Positions 24,879 to 38,460 of a DNA stretch of 64,000 nucleotides are shown here, in pieces; the first letter of the stretch is position 1; every line of letters begins with the position of its first letter. The notes under the pieces were generated by a model. That model was not told the DNA's origin and did no database searches. It saw nothing but the letters and a program-made list of their open reading frames with translations. This DNA is from Mustelus asterias (lineage: Eukaryota), in assembly GCF_964213995.1 (NCBI RefSeq), contig NC_135808.1, positions 23,064,001 to 23,128,000 on the forward strand, written 5' to 3'. The position numbers and the translations under genes are program-made.

Positions 24879-25559
24879 CAATGAACAATGCTTTTAAGCA
24901 TCCAATTGTATTGGGGGGGGGGGGGGGGGATGGGGGGTGGAGTTCACACAGCATTGCAAATGCAGATTTTGGGGGCCTTATATCGTCTTACCATGACTTC
25001 TGTGGACTTCGGTTGTGCAATTTGACTTGGATTCGTATCATTTCTTGCAATTGAGTACGTTCTTCTGCTAAAGTGTGAACCTTTGCCGCTGCCCATCTAA
25101 AATGGCAATTTGCTCCGACAGAGCATTTTTCTCGATGATATTGCTGGTTCAGCTATTACTTATCGATAATTTTGGTGGTTTCTGTTCAACATAGATTAAT
25201 TTGGCTTTAATACATCATGATTTCAACGACTGTCCAGCTCTCCCTTTTCCTGTGTCCATCATGTTTTACGTCTTACTTTATATCATCATCCTTAATTGTC
25301 TCATATTCTTATCATTTCAACTTGATTGTTATTCATTTGGATGTTCGGAAATCAGCTCATGTCTATCCTTATTGTTTGGATGTCACCTTCTCACTGGAAC
25401 ATATGTGAGTGACTTGATGAATTTAGATAACGTCTCATTCTAATGGTCACATTAGCGATGTCATGGATATCGTTTGTCAAATGATTGTGCAGAGCTGAGA
25501 CCCGTGCTTTGGTAAATTCACAAGGCGATTGCACTCGGTACTTGCTCCATACGCACCAA

Positions 25560-25770
25560 ATCATATTTCCACATTCAAAATGGCATCCCAATATTGGAGT
25601 GAATACAAGCCCAGTCAACCCAATCTCTCCTCTATCGACAGTCCTGCCATCCCAGCAATCAACCTGTCGACATTTCGCTGCACGCCCTCTGGTAAGTACG
25701 TCCTTTGTTAGATAAAGAGAACAAGTCCGCACGCAATGCTCCAGGTGTAGTCTCACCAATACCGTTGTAA
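25560..25770 (-). mobile_element. Old CR1 ORF2 fragment
   Basis: MVRLHLEHCVRTCSLYLTKD is a decayed LVRPHLEYC motif. Confidence 0.6.
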
Positions 25771-27560
25771 TGCTGCTTTTTTGTAAAGATGGGGCATGAA
25801 CTGCAGCTGTAAATATTCATGACATCTCCTCATCTTTAGGTGTCTCGAAGAAATTCTGGAGTTCGAAGTGTCGCAAAACTCCTGAAACTCCATCGTGATA
25901 TTGCGCTGTCAGGATCCCGTCCTCCCTGGAGTGGAAGTGGCGGCTTTGGGAGGTGCTGTTGATAAAAGCTGTCGGGAGTTGCTTGGAGATGCTTGGTGTT
26001 GGAGATGACGACTTTGCGAGGTGCTGTTGAAAGAAGCTGTTGCTTTGTGATGCTTAATGTGACAGAGCCCCAACTCGCCAATTGGACTCTGATTATCCAC
26101 AAGCATTTCCCCCAACCTTGCACCGTAACCTCACATCATTCAAGCCAGTGAGTTTCGGGCCAGTAACATAAATAACCCCAACCTTTCGAACAGGCAACAG
26201 TGAAGGAGTTCAACTGAATAATTGCTTTACTTTTGACGTTGATATCTCGTGATGACAAGGAGTATCAACCGTTTGCACAGGTATTTCAGTGTTTTGATTT
26301 CCACAATTTGATCTCAAATCCCGCACTCCATTCAATGGTGAAAAACTCTCTTGTAATGTCAACATTTCCTATTTAAAATTGGAACCATTCTCTATCACTG
26401 AGCCGACGGGTGACTCCCGATCCACAGCAATGTGGTTGATTCTTAGCTGTCTTCGGGGCAATGGGGATGGGCAATAAATGCTGACCAGCCAGTGATGCCC
26501 ATGTCCCACGAATGAATAAACAGAAAATGTGTACCTTATAGAATGCCTTTCGAAAATTAAAATACACCACCTCTACTGTTTCTCCCTTTCGAGCTATAAA
26601 GGCCTATATTACCCTTAACTACCCTATTTATCCGGATATATTATTAATAAACTTTAGTATTGTCCCTGATATTCCTCACGGTGCCACGCCCCCTTCCCTC
26701 CATAGAACTCTCATTGTTCAGCTCTTCCTTTGTGGATGTTTGCATCTTTCCCTCTCTCCCGGATCGTCCCAGTGCCATGCCCTCACATCAGTTTGATGGA
26801 ATTTGTCACTCCCTTTGATGACACCAATGGAAGTTTTTGTATCGTTGGTTTCATTGAGGGTCGGTGATGAATATTTCTATTGATGGTGCATAAAGCTTTG
26901 GCATATTGTAACTTGTGGACTTGTGAGTCGAAGTATTGCTAATCCATGCACAACATCGCTGTACATGTGCCTGTACCACATGGACTACTGTCCTTTAAAA
27001 AAGGCAGCTCACCAAAAACATTTAAAGGGCGAATTTTGGCTTAGCCAGCACACCCACATCCCATTAATGATTTTTTAAAATGATGCAGAATGATATTTAT
27101 TCAGTTGAAGGAGAAGTGGAGAGATGTTTTTAGAGCGAACGATGGGTATTGATGCATTGTCCTATTTGAAATAAAGTGAGCTACTGAATTGGAGTGTGTC
27201 TGAATACATGATGGCATGATTTGCCACAGCGTCAGCACCCTTTGGAAGAAATGAACACAGCACGTGCTGTTTGTGTGTACTACTAAAATGCCCACTAAAA
27301 TGCAACTTGATCAGTTTCTGAGACAACTTTGGCAGATGCCCAGATTTGATAGTTAGTTAAGACTGCAGTGTGCTTTCTTTGCATTCTCATTAATGCATGT
27401 GCAATAACTGATCATTTGGTAACGATATCTCTTCACTACACTTGCTGTTTGGCGTACAGGATATCATGCCTTGCAGTTTCACCAGGCTAACACGGTTGAT
27501 GAAAAGATTGGGATCAATATAATATTTATTCATACAAAGCATGTTGTTCTGCTCACAGAT

Positions 27561-28459
27561 CTATTGTTTATTAATGAAACGGATAATTGATGTAAATGGA
27601 TATTTCAGCGCGCTCTTGAACTGATCCCTGAACTTAGACTGAGTCACTCCATATATAAATGCATTTGTGCAGCAACTTAAATCCACCAGCATAACTCCAA
27701 CTTGATCAAATATATATAAAGAATCGTTATAATTTGCGGGATTAGTTCCTGAAATTATATATAAGAAATTTGTAACATATAAAAACCATAAGAGTATGAA
27801 GCTCCCAGATATGGTGAAGAGTAAAATCATAGACTTCCTTCTGCCCTCCATCTCTGGGTCACTGCGATTATCGCATTTGCTCTGACCCCTCAGTCCCTTC
27901 CGTACTCGACTGGTCACTAAAATATATCTGACTGTAAGAGTGTTGAGCAACAGAATTGAAACATATGGGATCAATGGAGTTGAAACCGTTTCAAACCATT
28001 CAAATGCCACCCATCCTGGGTCAGTATAATAACTTGGTTTTTCATTACAGAACCAGGGGACATTGTCGATTATCTCTCTAGGTTCAAACCTAAAGTAGAT
28101 CGGAATGGCTTTTAAACACATCAGGGTGCAAGTGGTTGATAGTACTGCAGCTGCAGTTTGTTCGGTGCAGTATTTCGTTTTCAGCTTCTGACAACAAATG
28201 GCCACAAATCGATCGAAGGAGAAAGTGACGGTGAACCAGACAGAACAGTTCACAGTTGCATAAAGCAGTACAAAGATAATAGTACATGCAGGGGTGATGT
28301 TCAGTAAAGATCCTGGGAAAAAGTAGCTGATCCGATATAATATGACCGCAGTGATAATCACCAGAAGATCTGCCGCTGCCATGGCCACGAGGTACCGAGT
28401 AGTACAGCTGGAGAGACCGCAGTTTCTCCGGGACAGGATCACGATTGCCATTAAATTAA
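27561..28459 (-). CDS. Class A orphan GPCR, GPR139/GPR142-like (cartilaginous-fish-type paralogue), exon 2
   Basis: Uninterrupted 7TM ORF: NLMAIVIL, YLVAMAAADLL, SVWFTVTFSFDRFVAICC, LLNTLTVRYI, RRKSMILLFTISGSFILLW, CCTNAFIYGVTQSKFR; acceptor ccatacag at 28460; joined to exon 1 gives 320 aa. Confidence 0.93.
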
Positions 28460-29049
28460 CTGTATGGGAGGGATAAAAATGTAGACTGTAAGTTACTGAT
28501 CCAGCATTCTCCATATCGGCTGGGTTGGTGTGGGGCAACAGCTGATTGTTTGAAATAGATCTTTATTTACCCAAAGACAATTTAAACTTGCAAATATCTG
28601 TGCTTAACAGAATTAGGATGGTGGGCTCTGGGAGGGGTTATCATAATTTCTTTTATTTTTTAATAAACTTCAAATAATCTATTGCACATACGTCACAGAC
28701 ACAGTTCTCAGACTTTGGGCAATGTGAAAGGTGAAAGAGGGATGAGCACAACTTCAAGGCTAAGGCAAGTGTCTTCATCACACTGGTTATGTGCAAGGGG
28801 AAAGTAGTAGTTTTCTTGCTTCACCTCCACCTTGCACGCAATACACAAACTCCACCACCGCCTCAACCCCATCCAAACAGAAAGGAACCCGAAGCAGCCA
28901 TCAGTCCCTGCATGTCCAGACAACCACGCCCAGTAACGAAGTTAGAACGGAACAGAACTGCTCCTGAAGAGTGCGATGAAGCCTCGCCCGCCCTACCTCC
29001 GCCGAATGTGGAGAGAGCCCTGACAACTGGGCTACTCTGAGAACAAGAA

Positions 29050-29330
29050 ACTTGTCAGGTATTACAGAAGCATGAAACGAAGTTTATAATATCACGGTAA
29101 TTGGGGAAAGTCTAACTTGTGTTGCCTGCCCGATGCCAAAGTTCAAGACATCTGCTGAAGTCTGGAGAGGAAATTGCAGTGGGATCCACTTACTATGGTC
29201 CAGTATGGATCAGCGACATAGACAGGATAAATAAAGACGTTGTGCAGAGGCAAAACGGGATCCTCGGCAGCAGATTATGAAGTAAAACCTGAACGGTCAT
29301 AACGTCGAGCCACGTGCAAATTAGCATAGG
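29050..29330 (+). mobile_element. Old CR1 ORF1 (esterase) remnant
   Basis: tgttgcctgcccgatgccaaagttcaagacatc corresponds to a decayed CCLPGARVKDI motif. Confidence 0.5.
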
Positions 29331-29454
29331 AAAATCGTATCTGAGGGCTGAAGGCATGGAGCAAACGGTGTGGGCGAACATAGTTCCGGTTCGGGGGCAT
29401 TGGCAGAATAATTGCGGAAAGTTGCACCTTAACCATTGAAACGGTTAACACCTG

Positions 29455-29611
29455 ACTTAGAAACAGATCATTCGGACCATCGAGCCTGCACCGACAATAA
29501 TCCTACCCAGGCCTTATCCCCGGAACACCAAGTATTTATCCTGCTAATCTCGCTGACACAAAGGGGCAATTAAGAATGGCCAATTAAGCTAATCCACACA
29601 AATTCGGACTA
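29455..29611 (-). mobile_element. HE1-like SINE 3' fragment, diverged
   Basis: Similar to the 3' half of the SINE. Confidence 0.6.
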
Positions 29612-29978
29612 TGCTGAGGCTAGTTTTCTTGTGAGGAGTGGAAAGTAGAGAGGTTGTACTTGACCTGGTATTCTGCGATTAAATGGAAATAATTAATCAT
29701 CCAATAGTGCAGGAGCCCCGAGGTAGCAGCGACTAAATTACAATTGAATTTTGCACTCCGTTTCAGGGGTGGAGAAGTGGGTCTGCGAATTTCAACTGAT
29801 CAATGGGATCAAGCCATCGAATCTGGGAAAAGATCGCCAATAAATGAACCGAGACAAGGCAAAAAAGGAAGGTATTTTTAGAGGAACGGAAGAACAATCT
29901 ATGACAGGAAGGGAGAGAGAGCATAAATCCCACAGTGAACCAATGGATGACACCAGTGTTTATGAAAATAATAAGATG

Positions 29979-30277
29979 ATCATAGATTCCCTACAGTGCA
30001 GAAGAAGGTTATTTGGCCGATCGAATCTGTAACGAGCACAATTCTACCCAGCGCCTATCCCGGTAGCCGCACACATCTACCCTGCTAAGTGGAAATTCAG
30101 CATGGCCAATGAACGTGACCTGCACATCTTTGGACCGTGTGGAAACCGGAGCACCCGGAGGAAACCCACATAGACACAGTGAGAACGTACAGACTCCACG
30201 TAGACGCTGGTCCAAGCTGGGAATCGAAACTGGCGCTGTGAGGCAACAGTGCTAACCATTGTGCCACCATGCCACCC
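29979..30277 (-). mobile_element. HE1/V-SINE-like SINE
   Basis: Head, core (ggaaaccggagcacccggaggaaaccca) and tail. Confidence 0.85.
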
Positions 30278-30349
30278 GGAAAAATGATAAAACAAAATGT
30301 TCTGTCTCTGAATGCACATAACATTCAGAGCGAAGCAGATGAAACTGGA

Positions 30350-31850
30350 AATAAACAAGTTATATTTTAGAGCTTTTATGCTGACATGGCTGCAGGAAAT
30401 GTAGTTTGACCTCAATATTATTGGAGTACAAAATGTTTCTGAAGTACAAGAGCGAGGAACAGGTGGAAGGGTGGTTCGTTTAGTTAATAATGGTGTTAGA
30501 ACAACAGTGTGGGATGGCTGAAGTTCAGAGAACATGGATGTTGAAACGGTTAGGATGAAGAATAGAAATGATAACTGCAGGAAGCAAGCTGTGGGATTTG
30601 TGTACAGGCCCCCTAATTGTTATCACTGGTAGGCGATAGCATAACGGCAGAAATAATTAAAGCTAATCAGAAAGGGGTGTTCTTAATCTAAATATAGATT
30701 GGAAATGTCAGAGGGACAGTGAATGTTTTTGGGATAGTTCCTTATAACAGCATGTTGTGCAGCCAACGAGAGAGCAGCCTGTACTTGACCTGGTATTCTG
30801 CGATTAAATGGAAATAATTAATAATCTAACAGTGAAGGAACCCCTAAGTAGCAGCGACTAAATTACAATTGAACATTGCACTCCGTTTGAGGGGTGGAGA
30901 AGTGGATCTGCGACTTAAAAAAATGATAAGTGCAATTGTGAGAGCATGAGAACTGAACTGGCTAAATTGATGTGAGAAATTAGTTGAATGGATCGGCCAA
31001 TAGAGATACAGTGAAAAACATTTAAGGGGATATTACAAAATGCGCAGAACAGATACATACCAACGAGTAAGAAAAACACGAAGGGGCGGACTCACCATCT
31101 ATGGTTAAAGACGGAGATTAAATATACTATCAAACTAAAAGAAAACGCATATAATTGTACAAATAAAGATGACTGATTAGAAGATAGGAGTGAACATAAG
31201 GATCAGCAAAGAATGACCAAATGCCGAGAAGGAGGAAAATTTAGCATAAGAGGGAAAGTTAGCCACATAGCAAATGGTTTACAAGTATTAAAAAAGAAAG
31301 CTTATAACATGATGAACATTGTTTCAATATAATGTGTGTCTGGAGAAATAAAAATGGGAAACAAGGATTTGACACATTTACTGAACAAATATGTTCCATC
31401 GGTTTGCACAAAAGGGGGACACATGTAACATACCAGAAGAAATTATAGTTCAGAAAATAGAAGGGAGGAAGTTAAGAAAGTTAAAGCCACCAGAGAGGTG
31501 GTGCTGCGAAAATTGTTGCAGAGCCAGGCTGATAAGTGCCTGTGTCCTGATGGACTTCATTCTCGGGGCTTAAATAGATGTCTCGTGAGATAATTGATGC
31601 ATTGATTTTAGATTCGAAGATTGCAAATGTAATGAATAAATGAAATTTATTCAAAAAGCAAGGGAGAAAGTAAGCTTGAAACGACAGGCCTCTTCACTGA
31701 AAATCTGCCAGAAGGAAAGACGTTAACGCGAGCCATTTGGATAAGTTTAACGCAGTCAGGCAGATTCAACAAGGTCCTGTGCAAAAAAAAGTTTAACTAG
31801 CTTGTTGGAGTACTTTGTTGAAATAAAAGGTGCAGTGGATAAATGAGAAA
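30350..31850 (+). mobile_element. Old CR1 ORF2 (APE to RT) remnant
   Basis: Decayed acatggctgcagg, gtgtacaggccccctaat, cttgacctggta and cctgatggacttcat motifs in the expected order. Confidence 0.7.
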
Positions 31851-31871
31851 CAGTGTTTGCATTTACAAAAT

Positions 31872-32096
31872 GTGCGGCACGGTAGCACAGTGATTTGCAC
31901 TGCTGCCTCACAGTGCTGGGGACCCAGGTTCAATTCTGGCCACGGGTCACTGTCTGTGTGGAGTTCTCACTTTCTTCTCATGTCTGCGTGGGTTTCCTCC
32001 GGATGCTTCGTTTCTCCCACACTCCAAAGATGTGCATGTTCGGGGGATTGACCATGCTCAATTGACCCTAGTGTCAGGGGGATTAGCAGGGTAAAT
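31872..32096 (+). mobile_element. HE1/V-SINE-like SINE, 3'-truncated
   Basis: tRNA head and core. Confidence 0.8.
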
Positions 32097-33002
32097 GATG
32101 TAAGAAGTCATAGATTATGTCTATCCAGAAATAAGGAAGGAGCTGATTTTTTTTTAGCCTCAGAGAAGATTTAATGCAGAAACTGAATTTATAAGGTCGA
32201 CATACTGAACAGATTTTCAGTTCTTAGGGGCTCCAGAATTAGGGAACATCAATATAAGATCCTCACTGATAAATTCAACAAGATATTCAGGAGAACTGCC
32301 TCAACTCAAATAATTATGTGGCACTCACTGCAAATTGGAACAGTTCATCCATGTAGCTCAGTTTACAAAAAATAAATATTTATATTTGTGGCAAAGACTG
32401 GAAGGTTACTGTGCCCAGGTTAAATGGATGAGATGAGAGAAGGTTCGGCTGGAGCATAACAACTATCAGAAATCAATTGTCTTAAATGGGCTGTTTCGGT
32501 GCTGCAAATTCAATCGTAGAAATAACTTGAGTCATCACAGCCGCAGAATTACAGAATGGTTATGGCGCAGAAGGAGTCCATTCGGCTCATCTTGTGTGCA
32601 CCAGCTCTCTAAATGAGTAGTATGACTGAGTACCATTCCCCTACATTTTCTCCATACTCTTTAACATTGTGTCCATTCAGATAATCATCTAATACCCTCT
32701 CGAGTGCTTCGATTGAAGCTACCTTCACCATAATTCAGGCAGTGCATTTCAGACATGCACACTAGTTTTTTGAAAGCCTCATGTTGGTATTTACTGTGGT
32801 GGAACTGATCCCTTTCTAAATGAAAACCAATATCTATGATCTTCAGTTTCATGTTTGTTTCTTTTCAAGGACTGAGCTAAGAGCAGGGATCAGTGTAGGT
32901 TAAATACATAGAAATTCTGAATCATAGATAATTACTGGTCTGTCAAACATTAGTCGGATACAGAAGTGAGCAATGCAAGAACTACATCCAATACTAAGAT
33001 TG

Positions 33003-34392
33003 AAGCAAAATACTGCAGATGCTGAAACCTGAAACAAAATCAGAAAAGGCTGCAAAATCTCAGCAGGTCTGACAGCATCTGTGGCAAGATAATAGAGCCA
33101 ACGTTTCGAGTTTGGATGAACCTTCTCCAGAGCTCAAGGCAAACAAAATAGAACTAGATTTATGCTGTAAGGGTAGGTGACGGGGTGGGGGTTGCTCTCT
33201 AATTGAAGCGGACAGAATAGACAAAAATATATGCAAAAGGTAATAAAAGCTGAGAATGGTGCTAACATCATCCACTAGTAGATCGGGATGTGGCAGCTTT
33301 CACAATGGTTCATGTGCACCTCCTTCAACCTGATCTATTGTATTTGCTGGACACAATGCGGTCCACTCTACATTAGAGAGACCAACTGCAGGCAGTGTGG
33401 CCGCATTATAGAGAACATTTTATCGTCCACAAGCAGGAGCCAGGCCTTCCTCTCACTTGCCATTTTAACACCTCATCCTTCTCTCATGTGCACATGTCCG
33501 TCCTTTGCCTGTGGCAATGTTTGTGTGAAGCCCTATGCAAATTGGAGGAACAGCACCTCATCTTCCGAGGAGGCACTTTACAGCCTTCCAGACTGAAGAT
33601 AGAGTTGAATAAATTCAGAGAATGAACTCTTTGCTCCACCTCCACTCCATTTATTTCATTTTATTTCATATACTTTTCTCTTATGAATCCATTTTTATTA
33701 CTTAATTTTTTTTATAATCAGTTTGATTTTTAATTTAATCCATCGTTTCATTTGTGTACTCTCTAATCTTCCTTTCCGTCTCCACCTACCCCTTCCCCCC
33801 AAACACACACACACAAACGCACACATCCCACTCAGGTCATCTGCCACATACCTCAGCTTGTCCTTTGACATTTTACACCTGTGTTCTCTTTTTTTAGGTA
33901 TTCAGATCGCTTAGTGGATGTTGCTAGCACGATTCTCAGCATTTATCAAAGCTCACATTCCCTTTTGTCCTTTGTCCATGGAATCCCTATCAGTTCTGTG
34001 CCTCTCTCTCCCCTCACCATTGCACTATACATCTCGTCCTATTTTCTATGTCTTCAGCTCTGAAGGAACGTTATCATTCAGCTCTATTCTGTCTCAACAG
34101 ATGCTGTAAGAAGTCTCACAACACCAGGTTAAAGTCCAACAGGTGTATTTGGTAGCAAATACCATAAGCTTTATATATACGATAAATACGAAAGCTTACG
34201 GTATTTGCTACCAAATAAACCTGTTGGACTTTAACCTGGTCGAAAGCTTATGGTATTTGCTACCAAATAAACCTGTTGGACTTTAACCTGGTGTTGTGAG
34301 CCTTCTTACTGTGTTCACCCCAGTCCAACGCCGGCATCTCCACATCAACAGATGCTGTCAGACTTGTTGAGATTTCCAGCATTTGTGTTTTT
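33003..34392 (+). mobile_element. Penelope-like element, family B (inverted 5' arm + GIY-YIG remnant + 3' end)
   Basis: 33003-33135 is an inverted copy of the 3' end at ~34050-34392; FMCTSFNLIYCI..QCGPLYIRET and CKLEEQHLIFR..TLQP are GIY-YIG remnants; decayed HHR (CTGGAGA...GAAACGTT) on the minus strand near 33095-33135. Confidence 0.8.
34108..34345 (+). mobile_element. PLE family A fold-back (subfamily variant) nested in PLE family B
   Basis: Inverted arm plus tandem 3' units plus tail ...GGCATCTCCACAT; TSD CAACAGATGCTGT at 34095-34107 and 34346-34358. Confidence 0.88.
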
Positions 34393-34544
34393 TTTACGAC
34401 AGTCCTTCATTCAGCACTTGTGATAGGCGGATCGTTAAAAACAGTGACGCATTCTCAGGACTATGTTGGATGAAGTTGATTAATCAGCAGCAAAATAAAT
34501 ATTAAGGGTTTACTGGAAATATTGCAAATACTAGTATTGGTGAC

Positions 34545-34822
34545 CGACCATACCAACCCCATGCCGGTAACCCTTTGCGTTTATCGTGGCTGATCCATCG
34601 AACCTATACATCTTGGGAAACAAAGGCCAATTTAGCATGGCCAATTCACCTAACCTGCACATCTCTGGACTGTGGGAGGAAACCAGAGCACCGAGAGGAC
34701 ACCCACGCCAACGTGGGTGAATGTGCAAACTCCACACGGACAGACATCAAAGGTCGGAATTGAAAGTGGGTCCCTTGCGCTGTGAGGCAGCAATGCTAAT
34801 CATTGTGCCACCGTGCCGCCCA
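34545..34822 (-). mobile_element. HE1/V-SINE-like SINE
   Basis: Head ...gtgccaccgtgccgccc and core. Confidence 0.85.
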
Positions 34823-35213
34823 ATGTCAATGCCAATACAATTCACATTAGAAGTTTATTACCAAACATCTTGAACCAAAAGTAAAATAAATCACTTGGCC
34901 ACAGATAAGCAATAAAATACGAAGGCAAGCACACAGATCAGGGATCAGACAAATAAAACAATGATACAAAAATACAACCAAATTGTTTCATACCAGTTAG
35001 TGACTACAGTCAGTACAATTCTACAGTGACAGCGACTCCCGAAATCTCCCTCTGAGAGTTTCCTGCGCTGAGTCCGATTCAGTTCCACACATAACACAAT
35101 TACTGATCGTGCATCTGTGCAAAATTCAGTATATCACTGTATGAAACGCAGAGCAAGGTCCTGGACCAGCTCTGGCATATCGCCAGACTTACTCAATTGC
35201 CATACTTACTCAC

Positions 35214-35277
35214 TTGGAATGCCAATGACAGCAAGAACCATGTAGTATATTTTCCTGATACTATCAACATATTCCAT
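35214..35277 (-). CDS. GPR139/142-like GPCR exon 1 (MEYVDSIRKIYYMVLAVIGIP)
   Basis: ATG in aaaacATGG context; 64 nt then canonical donor gtgagt; phase 1 joins in frame (A+TT = Ile) to exon 2, completing TM1 (IYY..LAVIGIP-I-NL). Confidence 0.88.
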
Positions 35278-35764
35278 GTTTTTCTATGTGACGTGATCTG
35301 TCCTTCAAGCAATCTTTCTGTCTCCAACTCTGGCATGGTACATTTGTACACGTTTTAATTAATATGGATTCTCCACTGGGACCATGAAGTTGTAAAATCA
35401 TTGACGTAGATTCTTTAAAAAAATCAAACAGATTGTGAGGACCAATTTAATCCCTGCTGTGACAACTATATTTGGAGCTGAGATTGAATTGGAAAACACT
35501 AAAGAATGAACAATTTTGATCACACTATTTTTAAAAAGATGGAAATGTTGATCATTATAAAACCGTCAGGTCCATCTCTAGAATACACACAGTTTCAGTG
35601 ACCACTTCACACTGCTGTTTCCAATCAGCAATTAAAATACAAAGTTGAACTGCTAATTCTGGGCTGCACCATTGAAATATTGGATATGGCTGCAGTCTTT
35701 AACTGTAACCATTCGCTTCGATTATTCCAGTGGAAGTTTTGTGTCTGTGCAGTGGGAAAATAAC

Positions 35765-36250
35765 CCAAACCCTCAAACGAATATAATCCCTCAAATTGAT
35801 AAGAGTGTCGCAAACAAATACAAACCCTCAAACTGATACAATCCCTCAAACAAATACAGACATTCAAACTAATACAGTCCCTCAAACTGATTCAGGCCAT
35901 CAAAGTAATACAATCCCTGAAAATGATACAGTCCCTCAAAATAATAGCCTGTCAAATTAATATATTCACTCAAACTGTTACAGTCCCTCAAACTAATGCA
36001 GCCCATCAATCTAATGAAATCCCCCAAACTAATACAATCCTTCAAACTGATAGTCTTCAACCGAAAAAAGTCCCTCAGACAAATGCTTTCCACATATTAA
36101 TACAATGCTTCCAACGGATACAGTCCTTCAAACGAATACAATCCCTCAAAGTAATACAATCCTTCGAACTGATCAATGGCCGCAAACAAATACAGTCCCT
36201 CAAACTAATACTGTCCACAAACTAAGACAGTCCCTCAACCTAATACAGTG
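35765..36250 (+). repeat. Degenerate ~18-bp tandem repeat (ATACAGTCCCTCAAACTA)n
   Basis: Recurrent ccctcaaa / atacaatc / atacagtc at about 18-bp period. Confidence 0.85.
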
Positions 36251-37249
36251 CCAACTGCGACAGTTTAAAACATTCTTGACATTCAGTGGAGTTACCATCG
36301 CTCAGTGCCTGACTATATCAAACTCCAGGGGTTGTGGAGGAGTCAGGGTTGGGGAGGAACGGGAGAGGAGAATGGCTGTCGGAGTTACCATTGATCAGAA
36401 ACTGAAGTAACTCAACTGTCTAAATGTTTTGCCTGTAATAACAGATCTGATCCTGGGAATGCACTTTCAGCGTCCATAAAGCCAGTCCACCATCTGCAAG
36501 GCACAAGTCAGGAGTGTGACGGAATATTCTCCACTTGGCTGAGCTGGTGCAGCTCCAACAACACTCAAGAATCTTAACAACATCCAGAATAAAGCAACCC
36601 ATCAACATCCACAGTCAACACCATTGATTCAGAGTAACAGTAATGTCTACCATTTACATGATGCCCTTCTGCAACTCACCAAGTCTTAGGCAATATCTTT
36701 CAACCATGCACAGAATAGATCAAAGCATAGAATGTGTACAGTGCAGAAGGAGGCATTCAGCCCATCAAGTCTGCACCGAATCTCTGAAACAGCACCTTAA
36801 CCAGGCCTTGATTTGAACTCTGTGCATCTATTTTTAAAGCCAAGGATTCTGCGTGCTGTTTTAACCAAAATAATAACCTGTCTGCCACATTCAGAGATTT
36901 CTGCATACGCACCTTCAGATGTTGTGCTAATACTGTGCCATTATGAAAAAAATAAAAAAATATATAGTTATATCATGTTTTATTGCAATGGATGTGTTTG
37001 CAATTCAAATCTGTTTTATAGGGTGCCAATTTGTCTAAGAAGAAAATTAAATTGGTAGGTGGTGGAACACCTGTTTTCTCTACTTAAATGCAATGGATTA
37101 AGCAGATAGACTGCTGCTGCGCACAGTAACATTAAGAATTGCAATTCTAAGAACTTGCAGTGCGTTTGCTTGCAGAGGAACATGGAGGGAAATGCTGAAA
37201 TAACATTCCATTCCTCTGATTGTTGTCAAATCAATTCCTAAAAATGTTA

Positions 37250-38460
37250 ATTAGCTTGTTCCAATCGTGAAGGGAGGCAGGTGGGCAGGGCAGACAGGGA
37301 GGGTGCTGGCAGCCATGCCAACCTTGGAGCCACATCTCCCTAATGCCAAATATATCATGCACGTTTATCTGAGCAACAAATTCTTCCATTTTGTTTCGAA
37401 TGCTCCGAGCAGTCAGGTATAACACCTTAAGGTGAGAACTTTTAACATTTATTTTCCTTTTCCTACTATTTTTACTCGGTCTGTATACGACTCTGGCCCT
37501 TGATTTCTCTGCCTATCACGTTCCTTTATTCGCCTTACTGTCTTTTATTCTTGTTCTTAATTCCCCTGCTCTGAATTCTTGCAAAGGTTCCCATCCCCCT
37601 GTCATATTAGTTTAAACCCTCCCTAACCACTCTACTATGTACACTTCCAAGGACATCAGTACAGGTCCTGCCGAGATTTGCACGAGTCCCACCTGCCCCA
37701 GAACTGGTCCCAACGCCCTAGGAATCTGAAACCATCTTTTCAGCCACGTATTCATGCTATGTATCCTGCTGTTTCTACACAGGTTAGCATGCGGCACAGG
37801 TAGTAATCCTGAGATCACCACCTTTGATTCCTTTTCAGCTTGCTCCCTACATCTGTATACTCTCCTTTTAGGACCTCATTCTTTTTTAAATGTATCGTTT
37901 TTACCAATTTCTACTGCAACCACTGGTGGTTCACCCTCCACCTTCAGAATGTCCTGCAGCTGCTCCGATACATCCTTGACCCGAGCACCAGGGAGGCAAC
38001 ATACCTCCCTGAAGTCTCGTTTGCAGCCACATAAACACCTATCAGTTCCCATTATAATTTAATCCCCAATACCTATTGCATTTTCACAAATTTTACTCCT
38101 CCCCTCTGCAGAACCAACAGTGGTACAACGGATTTGGCGGTTGCTGATTTCCCCTGAAAGGCCAATCCCCTCAACATGATCCATAACATTGTCTCTGTTT
38201 TGCATGGCAATAGCCACAGGAGATTCCTGCAATGCCTGCCTAGCTCCCTTGCTTTGCTGTGGCCACCTCTCTATATGTGCTATCAACAATACTCCCCACC
38301 TCGCAGATACTCCATAGTGTCTCCAACCGCGGCTGTATTTCCGGGATGTGTGTTTCCAGGAGTTGCAGTTGGAGACACTCCTGCACACATGCTGGCCCCG
38401 GGCACTGGAAACATGGTGCACCTCCCACATGGAGCACGAAGAGCATACACGGCTTGGAGC
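37250..38460 (-). mobile_element. CR1 LINE 5' part (ORF1 zinc finger + esterase, start of ORF2 APE), decayed
   Basis: MWEV..HVC, IGD, VISGLLPVP, YLTARSIRNK, GIREMWLQ. Confidence 0.8.

Noticed and set aside
28460-28538. N-terminal extension MPHTNPADMENAG... of the 325-aa ORF
   Set aside because: Lies upstream of a clear splice acceptor; the proper TM1 N-terminus is supplied by the exon at 35214-35277
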